In this document: one piece after another, positions 1 through 13,345 of the stretch | Layout: each line of letters begins with the position of its first letter | Position numbering within the stretch: position 1 is the stretch's first letter | DNA from: Eledone cirrhosa | Taxonomy: Eukaryota | Reading direction: 5' to 3' | NCBI GenBank assembly: GCA_964016885.1 | Contig: OZ024740.1 | Location: 268,398,001-268,462,000, forward strand | Length of the DNA: 64,000 nucleotides | The notes under the pieces: model-generated | What the model saw: the letters and a program-made list of their open reading frames with translations, nothing else | Database searches by the model: none | Told to the model about the DNA's origin: nothing | Program-made: the position numbers and the translations under genes

Positions 1-1917
1 CCATTGATATTAATTCAAAGCAACAGACATTTATGAAAAGACACTGTTAGGTTTCGGCAGACCTGAAGTCAATATAAAAATAAAATGGAGGAAAATATAC
101 TTACTGACTGCCAAGAACGAAAACACGTCAGATATAAGTCATTTGAAAAAGATATCCTGGACGAATACTACTACTAAGATTATATATGTTCTGGACTAAT
201 ACATGGCAGAATGTCAGAATATATTATTGTAAACAGTAATATGTTTTCAGGAAAACAAGTGCTTTGAAACATTGTTGGCGTAATTGAAGGCTACCAAATC
301 AAAGTGCAGAGAAAACTGATTGAAATAACGAATGCACATGACACTATACACTCACTCACGCAGCTTCCTCGAATCATCATCATTATCATCATCATCATCA
401 TCATCAACATCATCATCATCATCGTCATCGTCATCTTCATTATTTGTGTCTTCCTCCTTATTCTCCTTTCATGGATGATAATGCATACACTACTTCATTT
501 TCTCTATCAATTTTGAAATTTTGTGTTTCTGGATATTATCCTAGAATCTTGGTCAATGAATCCACAAAGAAATCGTGATCGGAACGGATTCCATTACATA
601 ACTGGTTTACTGAAAGAAAGGCCTGTTATCAATTATTTTTCTTTGTTACCCTTATATATCGTTCTTTTAGATCTAATGAAATTGCACTGGAGTCTGAATA
701 TATAAGTACTCTCGAGTCCTAAATAATGGGGCGTTGGGGGTTGGAAAATCCGCAAGTTTATAGGTTGTCTCCGTTGATATTTTAAAACCAGAATTAGTCA
801 TATTGAGACCACAACCCCTCCTATTTATTCCGTAACGTATGTGATTTCTAGTAATGTACATTTCTTTGTCATGTATAATGTTTTTCAATGTCTAAAGAAA
901 TTTAATTGTCGCAGGAATGCTACTACTTAAGATAAAATTTCACCGGAGATAGATTAGCAAAATTTAATAAGCGGTAGTGATGATGGTGGAAAAAAATCTG
1001 AAAAATTAATCAGACGATTATTCGTGACCTGAGAATTGTCATATGACGCGAAGAATAAATATATTGAAAATACATTTACTAATCCAATGCGTTATTTCAG
1101 AGAGATATGATAGAAAGACATAAAATAGTAAATGGAGATAATATAAGAAGCATATAAGTCGGCACTAGAATAAAAACAGGCAAACCAATAAATTATAGAA
1201 TTAGCGGATATTGTTAATCTGTCATGTAAGCCAAGTTCATTTTTCATTCGTTATGTATTAACCATCTTACGCAACTACTAAAAATGTTCAGGGTTAAAGG
1301 ATTTATTTGAAGCTGATAAGCAAGGAAGTTAAGTCCTTGATTGAAATATTGTGCAGTCATTTAAATACAGTGTGTGTAGACCGAATATTAGTGCTTGGAA
1401 TGTAACAGATACGGTAGTTTTATTATGGGTGGAGAAAGCAGTAAAATGAAATTGTATAAGCTACATGGTTTTTTCTTTACTATCGTAATTTTCTTTCTGC
1501 GATATTTGCAGTGATTTTAGATGTTATAGAGTTACTTCTTCATTGTCATTGTTGTTGTTGTTTTCACCCTCGTTGTTGTTGTTATTTATCTCCAAGTTAG
1601 CTTTAATCAAGTGGACATTTTATCAAATGTATAAAAGCATCCCGCTTTTAACTGCACTTGTACTAATACCCCATTTCATTTGAACTCCACCTTGACCGTG
1701 CTTAAAGTGTTGGCTCTATCTTCTACCACACTCAATCTTTGTTTACCTCGCAGCTAACTCAGACAAACAATCTATGTTAACCCCTCCTCTAATAAATATA
1801 AAATATGTATGAATACTTTCTACATAAATAATTTTGAATTTTTAAGAATATTTATATTTGTCTTCTGAGTGTGCAATCATTCGTCTAATACTTTCTGTCT
1901 TCCTCCTCTCATGGTCA

Positions 1918-2110
1918 CAGACCTGTCAAATACCCCCGCCCAACAGGAAGATCTTCCACTTACTTTGGGTGGGATGAGAGATGTCTTCTCTTGTGAATAT
2001 GGGTATAGCTTTCATTATGTAAAATCTCCCCATGTTGCCGCATTTCTCTCCGTTTTGGGGCACTTTTTTCATGGTACTCTTCGTTTGGTTTTTAGGAGTT
2101 GGCAGGTTTG
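1918..2110 (+). mobile_element. ~190-bp non-autonomous TIR element (MITE, probably hAT-like), copy 1
   Basis: Terminal inverted repeats CAGACCTGTCAA / TTGGCAGGTTTG. Homologous copies in opposite orientation at 2789-2982 and 8006-8199. Confidence 0.75.
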
Positions 2111-2788
2111 TGACCAGAACATGCTTTCTCTTACTGTCCGATTTAATGCATTGGTTTCTATCATCTCTCTCTCCCCTCCTCCCTCTCTCTCTAATCCTGA
2201 CTCATCCCAACCCATCTTCTGTTTATCTCAGACCTTTGATTCTCTCATGCCATGCTTCTTATTTCCTCTCTTAATTCCATGCATCATTAATTTACATCAA
2301 TCCTGTCGTCATTTTCTAGCTCACAGCCAAAGCGATATTACCAATTTTCTCCTCTTTCCGTTACTCTTAAATGAAGGTCAAGAGCTTAAAACATTTTATT
2401 TTATTTTACTATTTGCGGCAACCGATAGTATCGTACTTGTGTGTTGTATAGTGTGGAATAACATGGCTAATGCTATGGGCAAAAAACTAATGATTAATTA
2501 ATTGAATTTCTACTCGTAATGAGGAGAAGAATTCATTAACATTTATGAAAATTATTTTTAAAAATTGGCACTGGAAAGAATTCCGAAATAAAAACAATGA
2601 GTAAAAAATAGATCCAGGTAAGCTGTGTGAAATGAAGTTGATTTATGGTAGATATGTTCACAAATCTGGGCATGATTTGGTTTCATGATACGAGGGTCAG
2701 CTGAAAACTTCATCAGATGACTATGAAAGAGTGATATTAGATCTGTGAAACCTTGCATGCCTTAATTTCAACTCTTCTTGTTAAAATC

Positions 2789-2982
2789 CAAACCTCCCAA
2801 CCTCTAAAAACCCAAACGGGGAGTACCATGAAAAAAGTGCCCCAAATTGGGGAGAAATGAGGCGAAATGGGGAGATTTTACATAATGAAAGCTATACCCA
2901 TTTTCACAAAAACGGGGAGACAGGAAGAAATGAGCCAAAACGGGGAGATCTCTTCATCGGGCGGGTAGAGTTGACACGTCTG
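2789..2982 (-). mobile_element. Same MITE family, copy 2
   Basis: Ends CAAACCTCCCAA...TTGACACGTCTG. Body is reverse-complement similar to 1918-2110. Confidence 0.7.
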
Positions 2983-3007
2983 TAATAACTGCATTATTTC
3001 TTTCCAC

Positions 3008-3200
3008 GGGTGTGGATTGGCAGTATCGGTAGAGAGTCGGACGCCATGCTTTCCAGCATAGTTACGTCCTCCCTTTACAGTCTGAGTTCAAATCCCGCCG
3101 AGGTTAACTTTGCCTTTCATCCTTACGGGGTCGATAAAATAAAGTACCAGTAATGTACTGGGTAATTGATGGCCTTGTGCCAAAAGTAGAAACAATTATT
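3008..3200 (+). mobile_element. tRNA-derived SINE (dominant family of the window), full length
   Basis: A-box-like TGGCAGTATCGGTAG, B-box GAGTTCAAATCCC, central GCCTTTCATCCTTACGGGGTCGATAAAATAAAGTACCAG (Meta-domain-like), tail GGCCTTGTGCCAAAAGTAGAAACAATTATT. Flanking direct repeat ATTATTTCTTTCCA. Confidence 0.9.
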
Positions 3201-3763
3201 TCTTTCCAGGGACTGTGTTGAAAAATAAACCTAATTTGGTCATTCCATGAGAGTATTTTGGCCAGCCTATGAACTTTTTAGCCGACTCTCATACATCCTA
3301 AACAAAGCATAGTCTAACACAACTCTCTCCAATCACGTGATGACTATACAAATTATATATCTTTGGCGTGAAGATAATTGATAACTAATCAAGTCGTTAA
3401 AAACTTGAAGTTTATAATTTACAATATTTGGAAAATTTTCCATCGGGTGCCTTCTGAATGTTTTGTCTCATTACGACCTTCTCGGTGTTGTGGTGTCCAA
3501 ACTGTTTCTCTGCATCAAACCAGCCTGTTTTGTTTTAATTTCTAGTTTTAGTGGTTACTTTTTGGGAGAGGCGCGTTTGAAAATGTGACTACTAATTCTG
3601 TTCATATCGGCAAGCGTATATAGTACACTGGTTAGATTAGAATATGTTTAAATACATAGTGAAAAGAAATTATGTGCTGATTTATATGTGCCAACAAAGA
3701 GGTGAAGTAACTATGTTTTTAGGAAAATAAAGAACAATGTTGACTATAACAGAGTAGTGATAT

Positions 3764-3950
3764 CAGCGGATTGGCAGTATCAGTAGAGGGTTGGACGCCA
3801 TGCTTTGCAGTATAGAGTTACGGCCCTTATGTTCTGAGTTAAAATCCCGCCGAGGTTAACTTTACCTTTCATCCTTACGGGGTCGATAAAATAAAGTACC
3901 AGTAATGCACTGGATAATTGCTGGCCTTGTGCCAAAAGTAGAAGCAATAT
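3764..3950 (+). mobile_element. SINE copy
   Basis: Full-length similarity to 3008-3200. Confidence 0.88.
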
Positions 3951-6900
3951 TATAAAATATCTTTGACATCTAAGTTTGTGATATATTTGTATTTCCCTTA
4001 TTATATCAAGGGGAGAAACCTTGACTGGTATACTTTTTGTGCGTCTAATACTTTTCAGTTGAAGGGAGATGAGAAGGCAGGGTTACTGTACCAGTAAGAC
4101 CGTATGACATTGACGATCAATGATTAAATTATATATATTTCTCCATTATCATATGCTGTATACGATTTCATCACATTTATAGAAACAGTATATTAGAAGG
4201 TCTAAATATATGTCATTCATGTTAAACGAAATGACCAACCCTCAGCTGGTTATGTTGACTTCGATTGAATCAGCAGTTTGCAGCTCTCGGGTAAACGATA
4301 CTGATCCTAGCACAGATAATACCGATTTACCTTATCAAGTAAATATAACCATAGTGACCAAACAGTTCGAAATATTAATTGTGTAATAAATTATTAAGCG
4401 TTTCTTTTTTTCATATTTTTCCCTTTATCAATATGACCTGAGTATATTTCAAATACTGGTTTTGTTTGACTTACGTCATATGTTTGTATTTAAAGTAACA
4501 AGTAAAGGTCCCTTAACTTTTAACGGAGTTATAGGGACGCTGTCATGACACACGGCGTGTCTTGAGCACTTTAAACTTGACAGGGCCCACCTCTCTACTG
4601 ATCGAAACAGAGTGGATTTCTTCAAGAGAGAAAACTGAAAGGCGAGGGTTACCTCGGTGAGAACTCAGGGCGAAGTGAGCTGGAACAAATATCAAGGTAT
4701 TTTTAATCCAATGCTGTAAGGATTCTGTTATTTCGCCGCTTTAGACTTTTGTATTTAGATAAGTGTAAATAACAGTATTTCAACGACAAATGTGGTGTAA
4801 AATGGCTTCTACTGAATATTGGAACAGCATTGTGATCTTAATGAGCCGTTTTCTTATTTATTCTTGTTCAACAACTATGCTGATAACAATATTTCTTATT
4901 GCTTTCTATGAAGAAAGCATCCTTGGTGGATTCGAAGTCTCAAAATCACTAACGGTGTAAGAGAAATAATACTACTTCAATCGAAGTGGCATGAAGCGAG
5001 GAAGTTATCTTTAAGCCTTAGACCTATGCCGAGTGTTTGCAAAAGAGTAGGCTTCGCTAAATTCAACCAAGAGCCATGTTGCGGTGTTAAACTAGGTGAC
5101 AGATTAAATCTCACACCTAAATATACCACAGCATATTTGAACTCAGAAACAAAAGCTGGAATAGATAACACGAGGCATTTAGTTCGAGGTTCTAACGATT
5201 TTGTCAGAATACAGCCCTAGAATGGTACTTTATTTATCAGCCCCGAAAGAATGAAAGCCTGAATTTGACCTCGGTGAATTTGAACACGGAACGCTTTCCT
5301 GCTGATTCGATACCTTTTCTTTTATCTCTGTGATTGTCGATAGTACTAGTAGCACCTTTGTGGTGGGGGTGGGGCTGGTCAGATAGTGTCCCATACTGAT
5401 AAAAATTGGGAGATTGAACCTAGTCGAAATGCAATCAATATTAAAGAAGGCACCGTTTACAAATCTACATCAAAGTATTAAAATGTGTTAGAATTACGTA
5501 TCACACAAGCATCACTTGCCACCACAAATGCAAGGGGAATCTTTATTGGTTATTTTCTCTTCATAAATAGTCAAGCAAGTATCATTGTTAGAAAGCTTGA
5601 CAATGCATAAAACCCAAAGATTACTAAAATTTAGAGACATTACATCCGTTATAATTGCTAAACTACAATACACACTCGGCATTATGTATACAGTTATATG
5701 CATAATACATTATTTCCCTATTTAATCTACCAGTGACAAGCTACTATAACCAGCAATACGATCAATAACCGAGATGCATTGATCCGCAAAGCTTTTTCTA
5801 TCCATTTCTCATTCCGTATAATTTGCTGTCACTTCTCCAATGGTCATACTTATCAATTCCTTTTATCTCAACCTTCTAGTTTGTATCATTTTCTCTTTCC
5901 ACATTTTTTTCTTTACTTTTTTTTTTCTTGACATGACATCTCTTTTTAGCAGTTGTGATCTTTTGGAAATAAATAATTGGTAGAAATAAGTAAAGATAGT
6001 TAAGAAATAAACAAACAAAAATAAAGCAAGTAAAGGATTCAGCAAGATCAGTGAGAAATTGAGGGGGGGGGGATAGGGCGTGTGTTCATTTCTGCATGTG
6101 TGTGAGGGTGAGGAGAATGATGGACATTAAGCAAGAGAAAATAAAGAGAGAAACATCAATAGTATAAAATAGGATGTTATCTTTAATGTGCTTATCAAGT
6201 AATGTACTAATGACAAAAATATTTGGCTGAATACAGGCGACAATTAACTGTGTTACCAATTCTGGTCATTTCATCCTTTGTGAATATCAATCTTGAAAAA
6301 AAGGAAGTTGATAACAAATGGTGATTAATTTCGCACTTTCCTCGGAATCATTATAAGTTATCTAGTACAATATTTGTTTTCTATTTTGCCAAAGTTCATC
6401 CTTGTATTTTGAACAGGAATATAATTAATTTATTAGTAATTTTATAAGGTCTGCGTTTTCATAACAGAATTGATTGAAGTAAGATGATACAACTTGTTCA
6501 TTGTTTCAATTTAGAGTTTATGCTGGTTGTAATCTTGTACGGGAAAACATTATAGCTAGATACTGCTTCGTCGAGCAAAAAAAGAAAATTTCTCTGTACC
6601 AGTAGTATTAATCTAAATAAGGTTAAAGTGTGTTTCAAGCCGTGCTAAGAAGTTACTCATTAGACAGGAGTTTAGTCCGGTTTCATGTGACATTTAATGA
6701 CCGAGAGAATATCTTTGTTTTTAAAAAGCTCCCTATAGAAAAAGATGCCATTCCTTCGCTGCATGTACTTATTTTTTCAGTTGAGTGGACTATAAGAAAG
6801 ATGAAATAAGTGACTTTCTCAAACACACAATGCATCGGCTTATCCAGGAACCAAACCCACAACATTCCGGTCATGATCCCAATATCCTAAATATCAGATC

Positions 6901-7514
6901 TTACGCATTTACCCTGTGGTTTTCAACTAAACCATCACAAGCCAACGAGAGGCAGATACGCGGTCACTTTGTACTCAAAATAGCAGCCAAATTTTCCTTA
7001 AAACACACATTACTATGTTTTTTTTAAAGAAAGGACAAAGGAGATATTAAATGATGTAATCCTTCATACACTATATCTGAACAAATGGTCTATGGTTTGA
7101 TCGATCAGAGATATGTTGCAGTAATATATAGCATTGGTAAAATGCAACAATTTTATATGAGGGCGGCATATTCGATCTGATAGCCTCCAATATACGACGG
7201 TAACATTGTATGATAGTTCAAATGAACTTAAACATAGTAGCACAAAACTAATACTATTTCTGCCATTCTGCGACTCTGGACATTAATAGGTTTAAAACAA
7301 GGCAATGGATCGACAAAATCGTTAGCGATTCGAACAACATTCTGAGTTCAAATCCTACCGTTGTCGAATTTGCTTTTGATACTTCCGGGGTCAATGAAAT
7401 AAAGTGTCTGTCATCTCATGTTCTTTTCCCAGAAATGTCTGGCCTAATACCGACATATAAACCAATAGGCCAAAGAGGATCAATCAACACTAAAGGAGGG
7501 ATTGAATAATGTAA

Positions 7515-7715
7515 TTTTAGTTAGGCTGAAAAGTTGATAGGCTGTGAAATATTCAACTACTCATGGACTGACCAAATGAGGTTTATTTTTCAACATAGTC
7601 CCTGAAAAGAAACAAGTTATTAATAAGAAGAGTTGAAATTAATGAATGCAAGATTTCACGGCTCTAGCATTATTCCTTCATAATCAGCCTATGAACCATT
7701 CATCCAACCCTCGTA
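7515..7715. mobile_element. Mariner-like MITE remnant
   Basis: Degenerate inverted ends (GGCTGAAAAGTTGATAGGCTG ... CAGCCTATGAACCATTCATCCAACCCTCGTA). Related fragments at 3210-3293 and about 2688-2715. Confidence 0.45.
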
Positions 7716-8005
7716 AAAGCTAGAATGAACACTTAACCAATTCGGAGTGAAAAAGGAAGACAAAAGGGGGGATAGTTATGGCTTAAATGTTTTTGACCTG
7801 GTGCTAATCAACAAGAACCATATATTTTCCTTTTAAAAGTACCATGTATGAAATGTGAATGTGCTTCGATATAATAAATAAATGGACCTCTGATGATTTC
7901 GACGATGAATATTCTAATCGACCAATCAATGGAATGAGCTACTCATAGAATTAGTGTGTAAGTAGTTGAATATTTCACAGACCATACTACACAACATACT
8001 TCTTA

Positions 8006-8199
8006 CAGACCTGCCAACCTCTAAAAACCCAAACGGGAAGTACAATAACAAAAATACCCCAAAACGGGTAGAAATTAGGCAAAATGGGGAGATTTAACAC
8101 AATGAAAGTTATACCCATTTCCACAAGAAAAGACATCTCTCACCCACCCCAATGTGGGTGGCAGATCTCTCTGTCCCACGGGGAGAGTTGACAGGTTTG
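8006..8199 (-). mobile_element. Same MITE family, copy 3
   Basis: CAGACCTGCCAA...TTGACAGGTTTG, flanked on both sides by CTTCTTA (likely target-site duplication). Confidence 0.75.
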
Positions 8200-8320
8200 C
8201 TTCTTAGGGGAAATCTATGTGGTAGTTAGAATGAAGGTACAAGTAATACATGAGTTCTGTCTACCCGATTTCACTCACGAAGTCTGAGTAAATTTGAGGC
8301 CATAGCAAAAGGTGAATTAA

Positions 8321-8355
<35 letters not shown>

Positions 8356-8357
<2 letters not shown>

Positions 8358-8822
8358 CAAATAGACCTGATATAATACTGAAGGACTTTAAAAAGAGGGT
8401 ATGCCTGCTAATTGATATGTCCGTTCCAATAGACAAGAATGTATCTATAAAAACATTTGAAAAATTGAGCAAGTATAAGAACCTGGAGATAGAAATGGAA
8501 AAATGTGGAAATTGAGAACTAAAACAATACCAGTGGTTGTAGGCGCTCTAGGAATGATACCTAAGGGGTCTAATGATTACTTATAGCAAATCCCAGGAAA
8601 GCCACGCATAGAAGAAATACAAAAGATAGTACTAATGGGAACTGCTCATATACTAAGGAAGATTCTGTCAATATAAGTACATCACAAGTCTAAACACCTA
8701 AAGATGCATGTGTGTGTATGTGTGTTCTTTCTTGAACATGTCGGACCTTGTTGTCTCTTGAGGTCACTGGTTGTGACTTGGTGATAACTCGTATGAACAT
8801 AAAGCAAGATAAATGCAGCTGT
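8356..8822 (+). mobile_element. R4/Dong-like non-LTR retrotransposon 3' fragment (family A, restriction-like endonuclease)
   Basis: Translates NRPDIILKDFKKRVCLLIDMSVPIDKNVSIKTFEKLSKYKNLEIE...IPVVVGALG (PD..D..K RLE motif) with a stop and a frameshift. Flanked by (AAT)n. Confidence 0.85.
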
Positions 8823-8838
8823 AATAATAATAATAATA

Positions 8839-9256
8839 CAGACGGACAAGAAACTGGAACACAATAGACTTGACCTGGTGGTTTTGGACAAGGGAAAAAG
8901 ATCGTGCCTTATTGTGGATGTAGCCTGCCCATTCGATACGAGAGTGCAAGAGAAGGAGGGGGAGAAAATTAACCGATACCAGGACTTAAAGTGAGAGGTA
9001 AAAAGGATTCGGAACTGCCATGAGGTCAAAGTGGTCCCGATTGTCATAGGCGCACTAGGTACTATCTCAAAGAGTTTCCAAGGATGGTTAAAGAAAATTG
9101 GTCCCGCCCCGCTTTTTGGAACACTTCAAAAGGCATACTTGCTGGGAACAGCAAGAACCCTCTGATACGTCCTGAATATCTGAGGCTGCAGGTAGAGGCT
9201 TGATATTCATTTCAACAAACTTTCCAGTTAAATAACATCAATGACTGAGACTCAAA
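8839..9256 (+). mobile_element. R4/Dong-like LINE 3' fragment (family B)
   Basis: QTDKKLEHNRLDLVVLDK...IVDVACPFDTRVQEKEGEKINRYQDLK*...VVPIVIGALG...LLGTARTL*. Flanked by (AAT)n. Confidence 0.85.
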
Positions 9257-9260
9257 TAAC

Positions 9261-9305
<45 letters not shown>

Positions 9306-9307
9306 TA

Positions 9308-10203
9308 GTAAAATGGAAAATGCCCAGAAAGAGCTAACAATCCTGATGTTGACAAAAACTTTAACCCATCAGTGGTTGGCATCCTCTCGACTGAAATCGA
9401 AGACTGAAGGACTGATTATATCAGCAGAAGATCAGTGTCTACAAACAAAAAATTACCAAGCCAACATAACAAAAATGGATGCAACCCATTATGCTGTGTT
9501 TGTAAAAAACAACCAGAGACCATCGATCATATAATTTCAATGTGCAGTCCTATAACTCCAACCGAATACCTAAACAAGCACGACAGAGCTGCAGAATACA
9601 TACATTGGATAATGTATAAGCGTTTTGACTTGCCCCATCAAAAGAATTAGTGGGAGCATCAACCACCTCCCGTACTTGAAAAAGATCACATCTCAATCTT
9701 GTGGAACTTTAGCATCCAAACAGACCGAAAAGTAGATGCAAATAGACCTGATATAATACTGAAGGATTTTTAAAAGAGGGTATGCCTGCTAATTGATATG
9801 TCCGTTCCAATAGACAAGAATGTATCTATAAAAACATTTGAAAAATTGAGCAAGTATAAGGACCTGGAGATAGAAATGGAAAAATGTGGAAATTGAGAAC
9901 TAAAACAATACCAGTGGTTGTAGGCGCTCTAGGAATGATACCTAAGGGGTCTAATGATTACTTATAGCAAATCCCAGGAAAGCCACGCATAGAAGAAATA
10001 CAAAAGATAGTACTAATGGGAACTGCTCATATACTAAGGAAGATTCTGTCAATATAAGTACATCACAAGTCTAAACACCTAAAGATGCATGTATGAGTAT
10101 GTATGTTCTTTCTTGAACATGGCGGACCTTGTTGTCTCTTGAGGTCACTGGTTGTGACTTGGTGATAACTCGTATGAACATAAAGCAAGATAAATGCAGC
10201 TGT
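9308..10203 (+). mobile_element. R4/Dong-like LINE 3' fragment (family A, longer)
   Basis: TEGLIISAEDQCLQTKNY, CCHC-type knuckle CCVCKKQPETIDHIISMC, HDRAA, then the RLE domain. Frameshifted. Confidence 0.88.
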
Positions 10204-10219
10204 AATAATAATAATAATA

Positions 10220-10637
10220 CAGACGGACAAGAAACTGGAACACAATAGACCTGACCTGGTGGTTTTGGACAAGGGAAAAAGATCGTGCCTTATTGTGGAT
10301 GTAGCCTGCCCATTCGATACGAGAGTGCAAGAGAAGGAGGGGGAGAAAATTAACCGATACCAGGACTTAAAGTGAGAGGTAAAAAGGATTCGGAACTGCC
10401 ATGAGGTCAAAGTGGTCCCGATTGTCATAGGCGCACTAGGTACTATCTCAAAGAGTTTCCAAGGATGGTTAAAGAAAATTGGTCCCGCCCCGCTTTTTGG
10501 AACACTTCAAAAGGCATACTTGCTGGGAACAGCAAGAACCCTCTGATACGTCCTGAATATCTGAGGCTGCAGGTAGAGGCTTGATATTCATTTCAACAAA
10601 CTTTCCAGTTAAATAACATCAATGACTGAGACTCAAA
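10220..10637 (+). mobile_element. Family B fragment, duplicate of 8839-9256
   Basis: Near-identical sequence offset by 1381 bp. Confidence 0.85.
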
Positions 10638-10641
10638 TAAC

Positions 10642-10686
<45 letters not shown>

Positions 10687-10688
10687 TA

Positions 10689-11578
10689 GTAAAATGGAAA
10701 ATGCCCAGAAAGAGCTAACAATCCTGATGTTGACAAAAACTTTAACCCATCAGTGGTTGGCATCCTCTCGACTGAAATCGAAGACTGAAGGACTGATTAT
10801 ATCAGCACAAGATCAGTGTCTACAAACAAAAAATTACCAAGCCAACATAACAAAAATGGATGCAACCCATTATGCTGTGTTTGTAAAAAACAACCAGAGA
10901 CCATTGATCATATAATTTCAATGTGCAGTCCTATAACTCCAACCGAATACCTAAACAAGCACGACAGAGCTGCAAAATACATACATTGGATAATGTATAA
11001 GCGTTTTGACTTGCCCCATCAAAAGAATTAGTGGGAGCATCAACCACCTCCCGTACTTGAAAAAGATCACATCTCAATCTTGTGGAACTTTAGCATCCAA
11101 ACAGACCGAAAAGTAGATGCAAATAGACCTGATATAATACTGAAGGATTTTTAAAAGAGGGTATGCCTGCTAATTGATATGTCCGTTCCAATAGACAAGA
11201 ATGTATCTATAAAAACATTTGAAAAATTGAGCAAGTATAAGGACCTGGAGATAGAAATGGAAAAATGTGGAAATTGAGAACTAAAACAATACCAGTGGTT
11301 GTAGGCGCTCTAGGAATGATACCTAAGGGGTCTAATGATTACTTATAGCAAATCCCAGGAAAGCCACGCATAGAAGAAATACAAAAGATAGTACTAATGG
11401 GAACTGCTCATATATTAAGGAAGATTCTGTCAATATAAGTACATCACAAGTCTAAACACCTAAAGATGCATGTATGAGTATGTATGTTCTTTCTTGAACA
11501 TGGCGGACCTTGTTGTCTCTTGAGGTCACTGGTTGTGACTTGGTGATAACTCGTATGAACATAAAGCAGGATGAATGC
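10689..11578 (+). mobile_element. Family A fragment, duplicate of 9308-10203
   Basis: Near-identical sequence offset by 1381 bp. Confidence 0.88.
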
Positions 11579-11621
<43 letters not shown>

Positions 11622-12989
11622 TTTCTACTTTTGACACAAGGCCAGTAAATACCCATTGCATTACTGGTACTTTGTTTTATCGACCCCGTAAGAATGAAAG
11701 GCAAAATAAACCTCAGTGACTTTTGTAACTGTCACAGTAAACCAATTACAGCTTTATTTGTAAAATAGTGTTCTCATGGTAAGTAGTCTGGACTGATGAT
11801 TCTATACTGTATAGACTCTGTAATACATTTAAGAATATTTCTAAGCGGCAGTAAAATTTGTTTTAATACTACATAGGGTTTGCCAACATAGTAACGGTAA
11901 TTTGGAACAATTATAGGCATAATTCCTATAAAGAGCGGGTGAGTGCACTTGCTGAAAGGTCCCAATTTAATTGAATATATGTTTCTTCTTTGTGTTATTT
12001 TTGTTGTTATTGTTCTCTTTTGAAAATTATATTAATATAAACTGTTTAAAAGAAACATAAACAACAATTACAGTGTAACAGGGGACACAAAATTACAGTC
12101 AGTAAAAACTAGTGTTGGTCTGTTTCGGCAAAAAAATTCAAAACAACAATTATTAATATACGTAAAATAAAGTAATCTCTGTTTATTATGGTTTAGTCAG
12201 AGCAGACAGGACAGCGCCCATGGCCTTTTTTCAACGTCTGTAAGAATAATAGTAGGAAGTTATACTTAGATTGAAGACTTGGTATGGATGTCTGATAAAA
12301 AGTGGACTTCTCTAAAGTCATGCCTGGTTCAGATGGCATAACACAAGGGCAATCATGATCGGAAATACTTATCATCAAAGGTATTCTATCCATGACCATT
12401 CCATCTTTTTGTGTATGATGGACTACAGTGTCCAGTGTATCCTTCTTTATTTAAGACGATGGGCTCTGATTTGAGGAAGATTTAACTGTTGTTTCTAGCA
12501 GGTGAAGTTTTTATGTAAAGGCACCTTTATTTGCATGTACGTTATAGTGTGGTGAGGAGAGAGGAGTTCTAATATTTCAGACAACAATCTACTACCAAAA
12601 TAACATTCGTTTCTCATTTTCCTTATGAAGCCTGTGTGCCAATAATCTTAGTAAATTGAATTATGTTATTTACCATGAGTGGTAAAATATAAATTAAAAT
12701 CCTTTAAAAATGTTCCTTTTATTCCAGGTTTAAACGGTAAATTATTTACTATTTTCACTTGCTTGTTGATTTCATACTTACAATTTCATATAGCAATATG
12801 CACAGAAAATCTGTTAATTCATTAAATGGTATTTATTATATCATTGGGGAGTTTACCGTGTTGAATCACCGATACAAATTAACGTACCAAACACCAAGAG
12901 ATTGTATGATCTCTATTTTGAAAAACTGTACCATGTATAATATATTAGGAGTTAAAGCTGATGATGTAGTAATATATGAAGTAGGAGGA

Positions 12990-13345
12990 TATTGGATTGG
13001 CAGAATTGGCAGAGCGTTGTCGGACATGTGTTGTGACATATAGCTACGTCACCTTGCGTTCTAAGTTCGAATCCTAGCTTTGCCTTTCATCCTTACGGGG
13101 TCGATAAAATAAAGTACCAGTAACACACTGGAGTCGATTTAATCGAATTTACCCTTCCCCAAAATTGTTGGCCTTGTACCTAAATTAGAAACCATTATAT
13201 GTTATAGGAGGGCCTTGGTTGGCAATATTGGTAGAGCGTTGGACAATATGCTTATAGTTACGCCCCATTGAGTTCTGAGTTCAAATCCCAACGAGGTTAG
13301 CTTTGCCTTTCATCCATACGGGGTCGATAAAATAAAGTACCAGTA
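12990..13345 (+). mobile_element. Two tandem SINE copies
   Basis: Two successive A-box/B-box/central-domain units. Confidence 0.8.

Larger units (their letters stand above)
8356..11578. repeat. Tandem duplication with 1381-bp period (A-B-A-B-A)
   Basis: ORF-track coordinates 8682, 10063 and 11444 recur every 1381 bp, with few substitutions between units. Confidence 0.92.

Noticed and set aside
1869-2501. 210-aa ORF
   Set aside because: Runs through a MITE and CT-rich sequence, starts at GTG, and has no recognisable domain.
11790-11820. Isolated CTGATGA (also near 7890 and 12958)
   Set aside because: No correctly placed GAAA or stems; expected by chance.
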